From Polyangiales bacterium (GTDB lineage Bacteria; Myxococcota_A; Polyangia; Polyangiales; Polyangiaceae): DNA of 64,000 nt. A program made the translations under genes and the position numbers. Location: positions 384,001 to 448,000 of the forward strand of contig JBBRLQ010000001.1 of the NCBI GenBank assembly GCA_038231275.1, read 5' to 3'. The notes under the pieces are model-generated. The model saw nothing but the letters and a program-made list of their open reading frames with translations. It was not told where the DNA came from and did no database searches. Positions 1 through 9,489 of the stretch are shown here, piece by piece. Positions within the stretch are counted from its first letter, which is position 1, and each line of letters opens with the position of its first letter.

Positions 1-142
1 TCGTCGCGCCCTTCCACCACCACGTATGGAGCGCGTCGACGCGCGCGCCGAGCTGCCGCGACATGACGAGGAACGCGACCGCGTAGGCCGCGGCGAAGGT
101 GCCGATCGTCTTCGAAACCGTCTTGCCCCGCGTCGACAGCAC
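1..142 (-). CDS. 5' part of a probable membrane protein, truncated by the window edge
   Basis: Manual translation from GTG at 142 gives MLSTRGKTVSKTIGTFAAAYAVAFLVMSRQLGARVDALHTWWWKGAT..., with a hydrophobic stretch and GC3-rich codons. TAGACT lies 6 nt upstream. Not in the ORF track. Confidence 0.5.
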   Translation of the reverse strand, partial: MLSTRGKTVSKTIGTFAAAYAVAFLVMSRQLGARVDALHTWWWKGAT

Positions 143-179
143 GAGTCAAGTCTACTCGCCGGGCGTCGGTCGCGCCGTT

Positions 180-206
180 GCTACTTCTGCTACTTCCGCT
201 ACTTCG
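180..206 (-). repeat. Three tandem 9-bp units (GCTACTTCN), each carrying an in-frame TAG
   Basis: Minus strand reads GCG AAG TAG CGG AAG TAG CAG AAG TAG at the end of the 199..2256 gene. Confidence 0.8.
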
Positions 207-2256
207 CGACGTACACGCGCGCCTGCCGCGGCGGAACGGTCGCCGACGGCCCGGTCACCGCCGCGCCCGTCACGAGCTCGTTCAACGCCGCCGCGGGCAG
301 GCCAGAGATGTTCGCGGCCCCATCCCCGCGGTTGATCGCGACGTAGACCGTGTCTCCGGTCGTCGCCATGGAGTAGACCCACGTGTCGGCGTTCACGCTG
401 ATCGTCGTACGCCGCCCGCGACGAAGCGCCGGGTGCGCGGCGCGGGCCGCGGTGAGCGCTTTGATTGTAGTATACAAATACTGCTGATCCGCGGAGAGCC
501 CAGTGAACTGCATCATGCGCCGGTTGTCCGGATCGCCAGCGCCGGGAAGCCCGACCTCGTCGCCATAATAGATGAGCGGCGCCCCCTTGTTCGTGAGCAG
601 CACCGCGAACGCGACGCCCAAGCGCTCGAACGGCGACCGGTACCCCGGCAGCTGCGGCATGTTCGCCCACGCGCGGTCCTTGCCGTCGGTGTACGGATCG
701 CTCCACATCGGCGTGTCCTCGGCGAGATGGATCGAGCGCGGCAAGTCGTGGTTGCCGGCGAACGTGCTCATCACCGCGTTGGCGCCGTAGTACCCGTCGT
801 TGCCGTCCATGAACGCCGCGAGACCGTCCATCCCCTCTTTGCGCATGAGCGTCGCCTTGACCAGATCGAGGCGCTCGGGGAAGTCGAACTGCCCGTCCAG
901 CTTGGTGGGCGGATCGACGAAGCTCTTGATGTAGTCCTTGTTCCCGAAGTCGTACGTCTCGCCGACCATGTAGAAGCGCTGGGGCGGGTTTTGCTTCGCG
1001 ATGATCTGCGACGCGATCGTGCTCCGCAGCTGCGTGAGCCAGCCGGTGGGGTGACCCTTGTACGCGTCGTCGACGTGCTTGATCGCGTCGAGCCGGAACC
1101 CGTCGACGCCGGTCGCGGCGGCGAGCGCGGCGGCCTGGGTGACCGAGAAATCGCGGGCGACCTGCACCGTGTAGTTCCAGTGCGGCAGGTAGTCGGTGAA
1201 CCAGCAGCGGTTCGCGTCGGCGTCCCACGAACAGTTCTGCCCGCAGATGCAGTCGCCGCCGCCGTTGCTGTTCGGGTAGAACCAATCGTTGTGTGCAGTA
1301 TACACGGGGCTGGTATTGACCACGTGCACCATGGCGTAGTCGAAGAGCACCTTCAGGTTCTTCGCGTGCGCGGCGTCGACGAGCGCCTTGAGCTCCGTCC
1401 AGTCGGTGCCGGTCTTCTTGCCGAAGCAGGTGTCGGGGACCGACGGATCGTAGGGCCAGTAGCCGTGGTAGGCCGAGTACTGGTGGGTGTCGCCGCCGAC
1501 GCCGTGACCCTTGAAGGTGTCCGCGTTCTTGAACGGCACCGTGATCCACAGGGTGTTCGCGCCGAGGTCGGTGAAGTAGCCGGCGTTGATCTTCTGGAGG
1601 AGCCCCGCCCAGTCGCCACCCTTGTAGTCGCCGGCCGAGTCGGTGCCGGCGACGCTGCAGTTGTTCGTCGCGTCGCCGTCGAAGAAGCGATCGACGAAGA
1701 CGAAGTAGATGACCGAGTCGCGCCAGTCGTAGACGCCGGGCGGCGGAGGGCCCGGCTCGTCGCACGTGAACGTCGTGCAGGTGATGGCCTGGGCGAGGTT
1801 GTTGGTGTTGCCATTGGCGTCGGTGACGGTTGGCTTGGTGGAGTCGACCTTCCAGGTCGTGCCGTCGACGAAGAGCTTGTATTGTACAGGCTTCCCGTAG
1901 GGGACCGGGACCGTGACCTTCCAGGCGCCGCCCGATTTGGTCATCGGGTCTCCTTTGGTCCACGCGTCGGTGCGGTAGTCGCCGCGGAGCTCCACGCTCG
2001 TCTCGGCGCCGGCCGGGTAGGTGAGCTCTTCGGCGCAGCGCTTGAGGTCGTTGGCGCACACCGGCGGTCCGGCGTCTTTGTTTCCGGGGTTGCCGCCGCT
2101 CGAGCCGTAGCCGTCCCCGCCGCTGCTGCTCCCGGGGTTGAAGATCGCCGCGTCGGGCGGGGCGCCGTAGTCGACGTTGTGGACCGCGTCGCTCCCGCAC
2201 GCGGCGGCGAGGGCGGTGCCGAGGCCGAGGCCCAGCGTGAGGAGGAGGCGTTTCAT
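199..2256 (-). CDS. GH13 alpha-amylase-family lipoprotein with N-terminal CBM48/CBM20-like domain
   Basis: Lipobox (LAAAC); GH13 motifs YHGYW, DGFRLDAIKH, GETYD, GNHD, PLIYYGDE. Confidence 0.9.
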   Translation of the reverse strand: MKRLLLTLGLGLGTALAAACGSDAVHNVDYGAPPDAAIFNPGSSSGGDGYGSSGGNPGNKDAGPPVCANDLKRCAEELTYPAGAETSVELRGDYRTDAWTKGDPMTKSGGAWKVTVPVPYGKPVQYKLFVDGTTWKVDSTKPTVTDANGNTNNLAQAITCTTFTCDEPGPPPPGVYDWRDSVIYFVFVDRFFDGDATNNCSVAGTDSAGDYKGGDWAGLLQKINAGYFTDLGANTLWITVPFKNADTFKGHGVGGDTHQYSAYHGYWPYDPSVPDTCFGKKTGTDWTELKALVDAAHAKNLKVLFDYAMVHVVNTSPVYTAHNDWFYPNSNGGGDCICGQNCSWDADANRCWFTDYLPHWNYTVQVARDFSVTQAAALAAATGVDGFRLDAIKHVDDAYKGHPTGWLTQLRSTIASQIIAKQNPPQRFYMVGETYDFGNKDYIKSFVDPPTKLDGQFDFPERLDLVKATLMRKEGMDGLAAFMDGNDGYYGANAVMSTFAGNHDLPRSIHLAEDTPMWSDPYTDGKDRAWANMPQLPGYRSPFERLGVAFAVLLTNKGAPLIYYGDEVGLPGAGDPDNRRMMQFTGLSADQQYLYTTIKALTAARAAHPALRRGRRTTISVNADTWVYSMATTGDTVYVAINRGDGAANISGLPAAALNELVTGAAVTGPSATVPPRQARVYVAK
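466..476. other. TGYA-N3-TRCA palindrome, site A (TGTAGTATACA)
   Basis: Inside the amylase CDS; local codons TAT TTG TAT ACT ACA ATC AAA are atypical for this genome. Confidence 0.4.
1294..1304. other. TGYA-N3-TRCA palindrome, site B (TGCAGTATACA)
   Basis: Inside the amylase CDS; local codons GTG TAT ACT GCA. Confidence 0.4.
1878..1888. other. TGYA-N3-TRCA palindrome, site C (TGTATTGTACA)
   Basis: Inside the amylase CDS; local codons CCT GTA CAA TAC. Confidence 0.4.
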
Positions 2257-4400
2257 GGGGTGGCGCAGGCGCTCGCCGAGGGCACGAGGATGCGCGTGGA
2301 GAATGGCGCACGCCCGAGGTTTGTCAACTCAGGAATGAGTGACGCTTTTTGCCCGGTGAGGACATCCGCGTAGTCGCCCGAAGGAATTCCCGGCAGCGCG
2401 GCGCTCACGTCGGCAGCCGGAGACCGCAGGAGCGCCACCACGACCCGCTCGGCGTCGTCTCCCGTCTCGCGCGCGTAGACGAGGGCTTCGTCGGTAACGA
2501 GGAGGGGACGGTAGGTTCCGCGCCGGAGCGCGTTCGAGCAACCGCGCAGGCGCCCGAGGCGTCCGGTCGCGTCGCGGAGGGCGCGCTGATCGGCTGTGAG
2601 ATCCGCCTCGGCCGGCATCACGCGTCGTGAGTCGGGATCGGCGCGGCCGGCGAGCGCCACCTCGTCGCCGTAGTAGACGACCGGCATGCCCGGCATCGTC
2701 ATCACGGTCGCGAGCGCCATGCGCTGCTTGGCGTAGACGAGCGGATCGGTCGGCTGCGATGCGGCGATCCAGCCGTCGCCGATGGCGTCGCCGGCGCTCT
2801 CCGACGCGAAGCGCGTGACGTCGTGGTTGCCGATCATCGTCGCCATGACCGCACCGGAGCCTTGCCACGCCGCGGTCCCGGCCTGCACGGCGGCGTCGAT
2901 GTCGCCCATGGGGCCGGTGGCCGAAGCGACCGCGCCGCGGAGCGACCACATGAGCGGGAAGTGGAACTCCGAGTCGAGGCCGAACGGGCCGAGCTCGTAG
3001 CGCAGCTGGCCGTATCCGCCGGGGCCGGTGAAGTTCTCGCCCAGGAGGAGCGAGCGGTGGCCGGCGTGATCGTACCTGCCCCGCACCGCGTGGGCGATGC
3101 GGCGGGTGGCGGAGCGAGGCATCATCGGGACGGCGTCGATGCGAAGGCCGTCGCCGTCGAAGCGATCGATCCACCAGCGCACGTCGCTTGCGATCTGGTC
3201 GGCGGCGGCGGGGTTCTTCCACTCCAGATCGGGCAAATACGGCGTGAACCAGCAGTCCTCGATGTGCTCCGCCCAGCCGCACGTCGCCGAGCCGCACACG
3301 CAGTTCGCGCCGATGCCGTGGAACCAATCGGGGTGCTCTTTGAAGTACGGATGCTGCTCGTGCACGTGGTTCGGCACGACGTCGAACACGACGCGAACGC
3401 CGCGCGCGTGGGCCGAGGCGACGAGCGCGTCGAGCTCCGCTTCGCCGCCTTGCTCCGGCGCGAGGGCACGCGACGCGATCGGCCAATAGCCGTGGTAGCT
3501 CGTGTACGGACGGCCGTCGCTGCCGGCGAACGTGCCGGTCGGGTTCGCGTAGAGCGGCGACAGCCACACCGTATTGACGCCGAGCGCGGCGAGCTCGCCC
3601 GCTTCGATCGCCGCACGCACGCCGCGCAAGGTGCCGCCTGCGCGACCCGATGGAAGGGACGGCGGCCGAACCGCGCCGGCATCGCCGCGGAAGCGATCGA
3701 CGATGACTTGATACACGACGAGATCGGAGAGATCGAGCGGTCGCGGCTCCACCCACGCCGTCGCGATCGCCTCGTCCGCCGCGTGCCCTGCCCGGTCTTT
3801 TGCGCGAAGGGTCACGGTCACCTTTCCCTGCGGAGCGCCATCGAGGGCAAGGTCGATCGCGCCCGTCGCCGGGTCCGCGCCCGTCACCGCCAGCGCGCGA
3901 CCGTCCCGCGTCGTGGCCGTGATCGACGCCGGATCCAGCGCATCGCCCGACGCCGACGCGAGGAGCCGCGCGCTGACCGAGACGTGGCCGCCGGGCGTCG
4001 CGGTCGCCGTTTTCACCTCGAGGGCCGGCGCGTCGCAGCTCGCGACGTCGACCCACGTGACCTCGTGCTCCTCGTGGAACGCCGTCGTCGCGACGTTGGG
4101 ATCAGTCAGCCAGACTCCGTCCTCGACGATCGCGTAGGTGTGCTCGCCGGCCGGCAGATCGAGCGTCGTGACCCGCCACCCATCCGCGCGATCCGCAGGG
4201 ATCACGCGCCCTGGACGAGCCCATCCGTTGAAGTCGCCGACGATTTCGACCGTCGCCGCGATGCTCGCCGCTTTGTGCCACACGCTGACGCCGCAGCTCC
4301 GCGCGGGCGCGCCGGCGGTGGACGCGGAAGGACGACACGCCCCGCTCAACGCGACGGCGCTCACCGAGAGCCACAAAAACCCGACCGCGCGACCGCGCAC
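2253..4400 (-). CDS. GH13 alpha-amylase-family lipoprotein with CBM48-like domain
   Basis: Lipobox (LSGAC); VEIVGDFNGW (CBM48-like); YHGYW, DGLRIDAV, GENF, GNHD, PVVYYGDE. Overlaps the next gene by 4 nt. Confidence 0.9.
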   Translation of the reverse strand: MRGRAVGFLWLSVSAVALSGACRPSASTAGAPARSCGVSVWHKAASIAATVEIVGDFNGWARPGRVIPADRADGWRVTTLDLPAGEHTYAIVEDGVWLTDPNVATTAFHEEHEVTWVDVASCDAPALEVKTATATPGGHVSVSARLLASASGDALDPASITATTRDGRALAVTGADPATGAIDLALDGAPQGKVTVTLRAKDRAGHAADEAIATAWVEPRPLDLSDLVVYQVIVDRFRGDAGAVRPPSLPSGRAGGTLRGVRAAIEAGELAALGVNTVWLSPLYANPTGTFAGSDGRPYTSYHGYWPIASRALAPEQGGEAELDALVASAHARGVRVVFDVVPNHVHEQHPYFKEHPDWFHGIGANCVCGSATCGWAEHIEDCWFTPYLPDLEWKNPAAADQIASDVRWWIDRFDGDGLRIDAVPMMPRSATRRIAHAVRGRYDHAGHRSLLLGENFTGPGGYGQLRYELGPFGLDSEFHFPLMWSLRGAVASATGPMGDIDAAVQAGTAAWQGSGAVMATMIGNHDVTRFASESAGDAIGDGWIAASQPTDPLVYAKQRMALATVMTMPGMPVVYYGDEVALAGRADPDSRRVMPAEADLTADQRALRDATGRLGRLRGCSNALRRGTYRPLLVTDEALVYARETGDDAERVVVALLRSPAADVSAALPGIPSGDYADVLTGQKASLIPELTNLGRAPFSTRILVPSASACATP

Positions 4401-4428
4401 GAGGCGAGGTGTAGCCCCGCCCCGTCGC

Positions 4429-5094
4429 CTACGCCACCGCGGTGTAGAGGGCGTAAATCGCCCCCCAACCCATGGCTAGGAGCGCGAGGAAGACGACGAC
4501 GGTGAGCCCGTCCAGCTTGCGCAGCGCGCGGCGGCTCACGACCAGCCCCCATCCCATCGTGAACGTATGGAGGCCGTTGGCCAGGTGGTACGCGAGGCCC
4601 AACGTGCCGAGGACGTAGACGATCAGCGTTGGCATGTGAAAATGCATCTCGTGCGCGATGTCGGCGAAGGGCTCGGGGCGGCCCGTCGTCAAGCGCGGAT
4701 GCAGCATCGCGAGCCAGAGGTGCGCGCCCAGGAAGAGCGCGAGGCCGACGGCGCTGAGGCGCTGGAGCGTGTATTTCAGGTTCGCGAAGAAGCCGTAGTG
4801 GAGGTTGTTGGGGCGCGACGACGCGAGGCGCTTGATGCCCCACGCGGTGTGAAGCGCCACCGGCACGAGGACGACGACGCCCGTGGCCACCTGCGCCGCC
4901 GGGTGCGGGTACTCGGTCACCGCGGCGCTCCACGCCTCGCCGCCCTGGAACGCGGCGAGGTTGTTCCAGAGGTGGTTCACCGACCAGATGGCCAGCGGGA
5001 AGAACGCGAGGAACGAGCCCAAACGGGCCCGGACGAAGCTCCGGTCGCGCCTCGTGCGCGCGGGGGACTCTCCGGAGTGGGTGGCCGTGCTCAT
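4429..5094 (-). CDS. sdhC: Succinate dehydrogenase/fumarate reductase cytochrome b558-type membrane subunit
   Basis: Five hydrophobic segments with four His at heme-ligand-like positions (NHL, LHTAWG, AHLW, YHLANG) and the LQRLSA motif. Start placed at ATG 5094. Confidence 0.75.
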   Translation of the reverse strand: MSTATHSGESPARTRRDRSFVRARLGSFLAFFPLAIWSVNHLWNNLAAFQGGEAWSAAVTEYPHPAAQVATGVVVLVPVALHTAWGIKRLASSRPNNLHYGFFANLKYTLQRLSAVGLALFLGAHLWLAMLHPRLTTGRPEPFADIAHEMHFHMPTLIVYVLGTLGLAYHLANGLHTFTMGWGLVVSRRALRKLDGLTVVVFLALLAMGWGAIYALYTAVA

Positions 5095-5232
5095 CGGCCG
5101 CAGGTTTATCACGCGCGAGCGCTGGGTGGACATGCTCCAGCAGCCTGTACGGCCGACAGGCGTTGTCGCAAAGGCGACACGATCGGCACGCCCCCCTGGC
5201 GCCAGGATCAGAGCGAGGACAGAAAAGCCCGC

Positions 5233-5388
5233 CTACGCGGTCTCGTTCGGCTTCGCGTCGCTTGCCTCGTCCGCCGTCTCCACGACGTCGTCCGGGGCGC
5301 GTTTTGCGGCCGCCGCGCGCGCGATGAGGCCATTGAGCAGCAGCAGGGTGCCGGTGGCGAGCATCAGGAGGACTTTGGGATCGAGCAC
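5233..5388 (-). CDS. Small single-pass membrane protein (51 aa)
   Basis: MLDPKVLLMLATGTLLLLNGLIARAAAAKRAPDDVVETADEASDAKPNETA; AGGT upstream of GTG; GC3-rich codons; fills the intergenic gap. Shorter than any ORF in the track. Confidence 0.55.
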   Translation of the reverse strand: MLDPKVLLMLATGTLLLLNGLIARAAAAKRAPDDVVETADEASDAKPNETA

Positions 5389-5503
5389 GAATGCACCTGC
5401 GGCGAAGGGTTCGAGCGAAACGTTTGCACGACGCGCGCCAACGCCGACCGCGAACGGATCGTCACGGTTTGCGGTGTCGAAGGCGATGGCGTAAGAGCGA
5501 GGG

Positions 5504-6898
5504 ATGCGCGCATCCGTCGTCTGCGGATTTTTCGCGTGCGGCGGTGCGCCCCTGTTCGCCGTCGGGAGCGCGCGCGCGGACGTCGCGCCGCATGCGGCCG
5601 TGGCCGGCGCGGACGTGACCTCGGTGGAGATCGCCGACGCGAAACGGCACTTCGACGCGATCGGGTGGGACGATCTCTCGAAGACCGCGCGCGCGCCGGG
5701 GACCTACACGCTCCGGATCCGCGTCGCCACTGTGGAAGCGATCGAGCTGCCTGTGTGCGCGGGGCGTCGCCGCATCACCGTCGACGGCGTGGCCGTGCCT
5801 GCCCAAGGTCCGGGGCCGGCGCTCGTTCGAATCCCCGACGCGGGCGCTCACGAGATCCTCGTGGACGTCGCCGTGAGCGGGTACGAGAAGCGCGTCGCGT
5901 GCGGCGCCGCCCCTCGCGTCGGCGTCGTGAAGCCGACGCGAGAAGGCCTCTCGCTCCTCATTTTCCCGAGCCCGACGTCGGCGCTCGGCGGCGGCAAGGC
6001 TGTCGTCTTCGTCCCGCCTGGCCACGACGGCGCGAAGCCCGGCGCGCTGCTCGTCGGTACCCATCCATGGGACGGGAGCGTCTGGACGTACGCGGCCTAC
6101 GCCGAGCTGCTGCGCGAAGCCGCCGCCAAGGACGTCGTGCTCCTCCTCCCGAGCGGCCTCGGCAACTCGCTCTACACCGCGGCCGCAGAAGAAGAGGTGA
6201 TGCGCGCGATCGAGCAGCTCGGCGCGCAGATCGCGGTCGATCCGCGGCGCGTCTCGATCTGGGGCGCGTCGATGGGCGGCGCCGGCGCGACGACGATCGG
6301 CCTTCACCGGCCCGATCGCTTCGCGTCCATCACGAGCCTGTTCGGCGACTCGCGGTACGATCTCGCGACGTACGTGAAGAGCATCCTCCGCGACGAGGCC
6401 GGCGCGCACGCGGTCAACGCGCTCGACGTCGTCGACAACGCGCGCCACGTGCCGGTGTGGCTCGTTCACGGCGAGGACGATCGCATCTCGCCGATCACGC
6501 AGAGCAGCATGCTCGCGCGCGCCCTGACCGAGCGGCGCTACGCCGTGCGCTTCGATCGCGTGCCGAACGCGGGGCACGAGGGGGGGCTCGTCGCGCGCTT
6601 CGCCGCCGAGATCGTGGACCGCGCGGCCGACGCGCGCATGCCCGAGCATCCTTCCCGCGTCACGTTCAAGAGCGTGCGCGCGGAGGACACCGACGCGTAC
6701 GGAGTGCACGTCACGCGGATGGGAGGCGACGCGCTCGTCGATCTCGAGCGACGCGCCGACGGCGTGCACGTCCTCCGCGCCAACGGGGTCCGCACCATTG
6801 CGCTCGCAAAGGGCGCGCTCGGAGCGCCCGCGGATGCGCCCATCCTCCTCGAGCCGGGCGTCCCGGCGGTCGTCGCGCGTTGGGAGACCGTGCGCTGA
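5504..6898 (+). CDS. Secreted alpha/beta hydrolase (S9 peptidase/esterase-like)
   Basis: Signal peptide; nucleophile motif GASMGG; VWLVHGEDD; NAGH. Confidence 0.8.
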   Translation: MRASVVCGFFACGGAPLFAVGSARADVAPHAAVAGADVTSVEIADAKRHFDAIGWDDLSKTARAPGTYTLRIRVATVEAIELPVCAGRRRITVDGVAVPAQGPGPALVRIPDAGAHEILVDVAVSGYEKRVACGAAPRVGVVKPTREGLSLLIFPSPTSALGGGKAVVFVPPGHDGAKPGALLVGTHPWDGSVWTYAAYAELLREAAAKDVVLLLPSGLGNSLYTAAAEEEVMRAIEQLGAQIAVDPRRVSIWGASMGGAGATTIGLHRPDRFASITSLFGDSRYDLATYVKSILRDEAGAHAVNALDVVDNARHVPVWLVHGEDDRISPITQSSMLARALTERRYAVRFDRVPNAGHEGGLVARFAAEIVDRAADARMPEHPSRVTFKSVRAEDTDAYGVHVTRMGGDALVDLERRADGVHVLRANGVRTIALAKGALGAPADAPILLEPGVPAVVARWETVR

Positions 6899-6899
6899 G

Positions 6900-8219
6900 A
6901 TGGACCGCGCGAGGGCCGCGATCGTCCTCGTGCCCCTCGCGGCGTTCGCGACGCTGGCGGTCGGCCTGCGCATCGGCGCGTCGGACGCGCTGCTTGGCGC
7001 GGTGGTGTACGCGGCACCTCTCGCGAAGGACGCGCGCGCGCTGGCGTTGCAAGTGGCGACGGTGGCGGACGATCGCGGCGTGCGCGAGGCCCGTGCGATC
7101 TCCGATCTCACGGTGGTGGCGATGCGCGGCGGCGATCGCGCCCTGTGGCGCGGCGCGAGCAACGCCGACGGCATCGCAGAGGCGCGCGTCGAGCTGCCGG
7201 GCCTGCGCGAGGGCGACGTGATCCGGCTGGAAATTCGGGGCGCCGGCGTTCTGCTCGCGGAGGGGCGCGTCGCAGAGCCGCGCGCGTGGCGCGACGTCGT
7301 CCGTCCCACGTTCGCGCGCGCGACGCGGCGCGAGGGCCCGATCGTCCTCGACGTCGCGCCGATTGGCGGTCGGCTCGCCGTCGGATTTCCTGGCTCGCTC
7401 ATGGTCCGCGCGACCGATCGCGCGGGCCGCGCGCTCGCGGACGTCCCCATCGACGTGGAGCCGGAGCCGGGGCTCGACGTGACGGCGCCGCGCGTCCAGA
7501 CCTGCGCGTCGGGGTGGGCCGAGATCGTCGCGACGCCGACCTTCCACATCGTAGGCCTCTCGCTGCACGCGCGCTTCGGCGACACCGACGGCCTCTGGTA
7601 CGGCGGCGTCCCCGTGGCCGGCGCCGCGAGCCACATCGACGCTCCCTCACGCATCGCGCCGAACAAGGCGCGCACGGTCGACGTGCACGCCGCGGGGAGT
7701 CACGGCGCGATTTACGCGGAGGTCGACGACGTGCACGGTCGGATCGCCGCGCAGGTCCTCGAAGCCCCCCGCGGCGCGCTCGAACTCCCGGCCCTCGCGC
7801 CCGGCCTCTACTGGCTCGTGACGTCCTCCGAAGCGCGCGGCGCCGAGTCGCTCACCGGCGGCTCGCTCGCGCGCCCCGTTCTCGTCGAGGCCGAGACCCG
7901 CGCGAATTGCGACGTCGGCGCGGAGCTCGCCGCGAGCACCGCCGCGGGATTTCCGCGCGAGGTGATCCTCGACGGGTTCGCCGGAAAGCGCGAGCACGCA
8001 CGCTCTCGACACCGCCTCGGCGCCACGATCGGCCTGTCCGCCCTCGCCCTCGCCGCGGCCCTTGAGGCGCTTCTCCTCGTCCGCGCCGCCCGCAAGGGCG
8101 CGGAGCTCTCTCCTTCGCTCACGCGCCGCGCGCCGGCGGGGAGCGTCGCCATCGCGCTCCTCGCCGGAATGCTCGGCTTCGCGCTCCTCGCGGCGCTCGT
8201 CTTGTACGGCGCTACTTGA
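6900..8219 (+). CDS. Hypothetical membrane-anchored protein
   Basis: ATG 1 nt after the upstream stop; N-terminal TM helix, beta-rich middle and two C-terminal TM helices. Confidence 0.65.
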   Translation: MDRARAAIVLVPLAAFATLAVGLRIGASDALLGAVVYAAPLAKDARALALQVATVADDRGVREARAISDLTVVAMRGGDRALWRGASNADGIAEARVELPGLREGDVIRLEIRGAGVLLAEGRVAEPRAWRDVVRPTFARATRREGPIVLDVAPIGGRLAVGFPGSLMVRATDRAGRALADVPIDVEPEPGLDVTAPRVQTCASGWAEIVATPTFHIVGLSLHARFGDTDGLWYGGVPVAGAASHIDAPSRIAPNKARTVDVHAAGSHGAIYAEVDDVHGRIAAQVLEAPRGALELPALAPGLYWLVTSSEARGAESLTGGSLARPVLVEAETRANCDVGAELAASTAAGFPREVILDGFAGKREHARSRHRLGATIGLSALALAAALEALLLVRAARKGAELSPSLTRRAPAGSVAIALLAGMLGFALLAALVLYGAT

Positions 8220-9375
8220 GGAACTCGAGCATGTTCGGCTCGGCCGTCACCGTCGCGAGGCGCGGCAGGCCGAGGAGGTCCTCCATCGTCGCGAGGTAGC
8301 TCTTGTGCGAGTACTTCGTCGCCGACTTCATGCCCGCCGTCTTGATGTTCTCGCTGACGACGATCATGGGAACCTGATCGGCCGAGCCGGCGCCGCTGCG
8401 GTTCTCCGCCTCGTCCCACGTGATGAAGATCACGCCGCCGTTCGTGTACGCCGGCGACGCCATGATCTTGCCGATCTCGGCCTTCGCCCAATCGTCCGAC
8501 GCCTTGAGCGCCGCGACCGGATCGTTGCTCGGGTCGTGGCCGTCGCTGGTCAGGTTCGGCGTGATGAACATGTACTTGTACGTGCCGCCCGCCAGATCCG
8601 CGGCGAACTGCGTGTAGTCGACGTTCGTGTTCGCGCAGAGGTTGCCGGCGCCGGTCTGCATGTCCTGGAAGTAGAGGAAGGGATCGTGCTTCGGCGCGTA
8701 GGGTGAGTTGTCGGTCAGCGTGCAGGCCGCGCCCATGCTCTCCTGGTACGAGCGCCACTTGACGCCCGCCGTCTGGAGCTGCGTGCCGAGGTTCGGCTTG
8801 TCGACCGGAAACTTGGGGCCGAGGAAGACCTGATCGGTGGGGAGGTAGTCGAGCACCCCGCCGTACTGCACCTCGCCGCTGATCATCATGAGGTAGTTGG
8901 GGAGCGACGGGTGCGTGCCGCTGTCGGCGTAGTTCGTCGCGAGGCCGTACTTCGCGATGAGCGAGTTGAAGTAGGGCGCGTTCGCGGTGCCGACGATCTC
9001 TTTGTAGTCGTGGTTCTCGAAGACGAGCGTGAAGACGGTGCCGACCGGCTTCTTGCCGCCATCGCCCGAGGAGCCGCTGCTGCCCGACGACCCGCTCGTG
9101 CCGCTCGCGCCGCTCGTGCCGCTGGTGCCGCTCGCGCCGCTCGTCCCCGAGGCGCCGCTCGTGCCGGAGGTGCCGCTCGCACCGCTCGTGCCGGAGGTGC
9201 CGCTCGTGCCGCTCGTCCCCGAGGTGCCGCTCGCGCCGCTCGTGCCGCTGCTCCCCGAAGAGCCGCCGTCGTCGCCGCCGCCGCCTGTGTCCGAGCCGCC
9301 GCACGCGAACGCCACTGCGCCGATGCCGAGAACCGAGAGGAGTCCGAGACGCGTGCGAAAAAGGTCGAGCTTCAT
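8212..9375 (-). CDS. Phosphoesterase/acid phosphatase family lipoprotein with Ser-Gly-Thr linker
   Basis: Lipobox (AFAC); motifs VFENH, HPSLPNYL, YAPKHDPF, DGHD, FITWDE, YSHKSYL. Confidence 0.85.
   Translation of the reverse strand: MKLDLFRTRLGLLSVLGIGAVAFACGGSDTGGGGDDGGSSGSSGTSGASGTSGTSGTSGTSGTSGASGTSGTSGASGTSGASGTSGTSGASGTSGSSGSSGSSGDGGKKPVGTVFTLVFENHDYKEIVGTANAPYFNSLIAKYGLATNYADSGTHPSLPNYLMMISGEVQYGGVLDYLPTDQVFLGPKFPVDKPNLGTQLQTAGVKWRSYQESMGAACTLTDNSPYAPKHDPFLYFQDMQTGAGNLCANTNVDYTQFAADLAGGTYKYMFITPNLTSDGHDPSNDPVAALKASDDWAKAEIGKIMASPAYTNGGVIFITWDEAENRSGAGSADQVPMIVVSENIKTAGMKSATKYSHKSYLATMEDLLGLPRLATVTAEPNMLEFLK
9065..9265 (-). repeat. 9-bp coding tandem repeat encoding (SGT/SGA/SGS)n, roughly 22 units
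   Basis: Repeated gccgctcgt, gccgctcgc and gccggaggt units; low-complexity linker after the lipidated Cys. Confidence 0.9.
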
Positions 9376-9489
9376 TGCGGTGGGGCGTACCGCCAGAGCG
9401 GAAGACACGCAACCTCCCGACGATTCGCGCAGCAACAATCGTCGCACTTTTACCTACAAGAGGCAGGGTGCGCGGTCGGTCTGCCGCCG

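Noticed and set aside
181-201. Amber read-through (pyrrolysine) at the amylase stop
   Set aside because: Two more in-frame TAGs follow immediately, and no pyl genes are present in the window.
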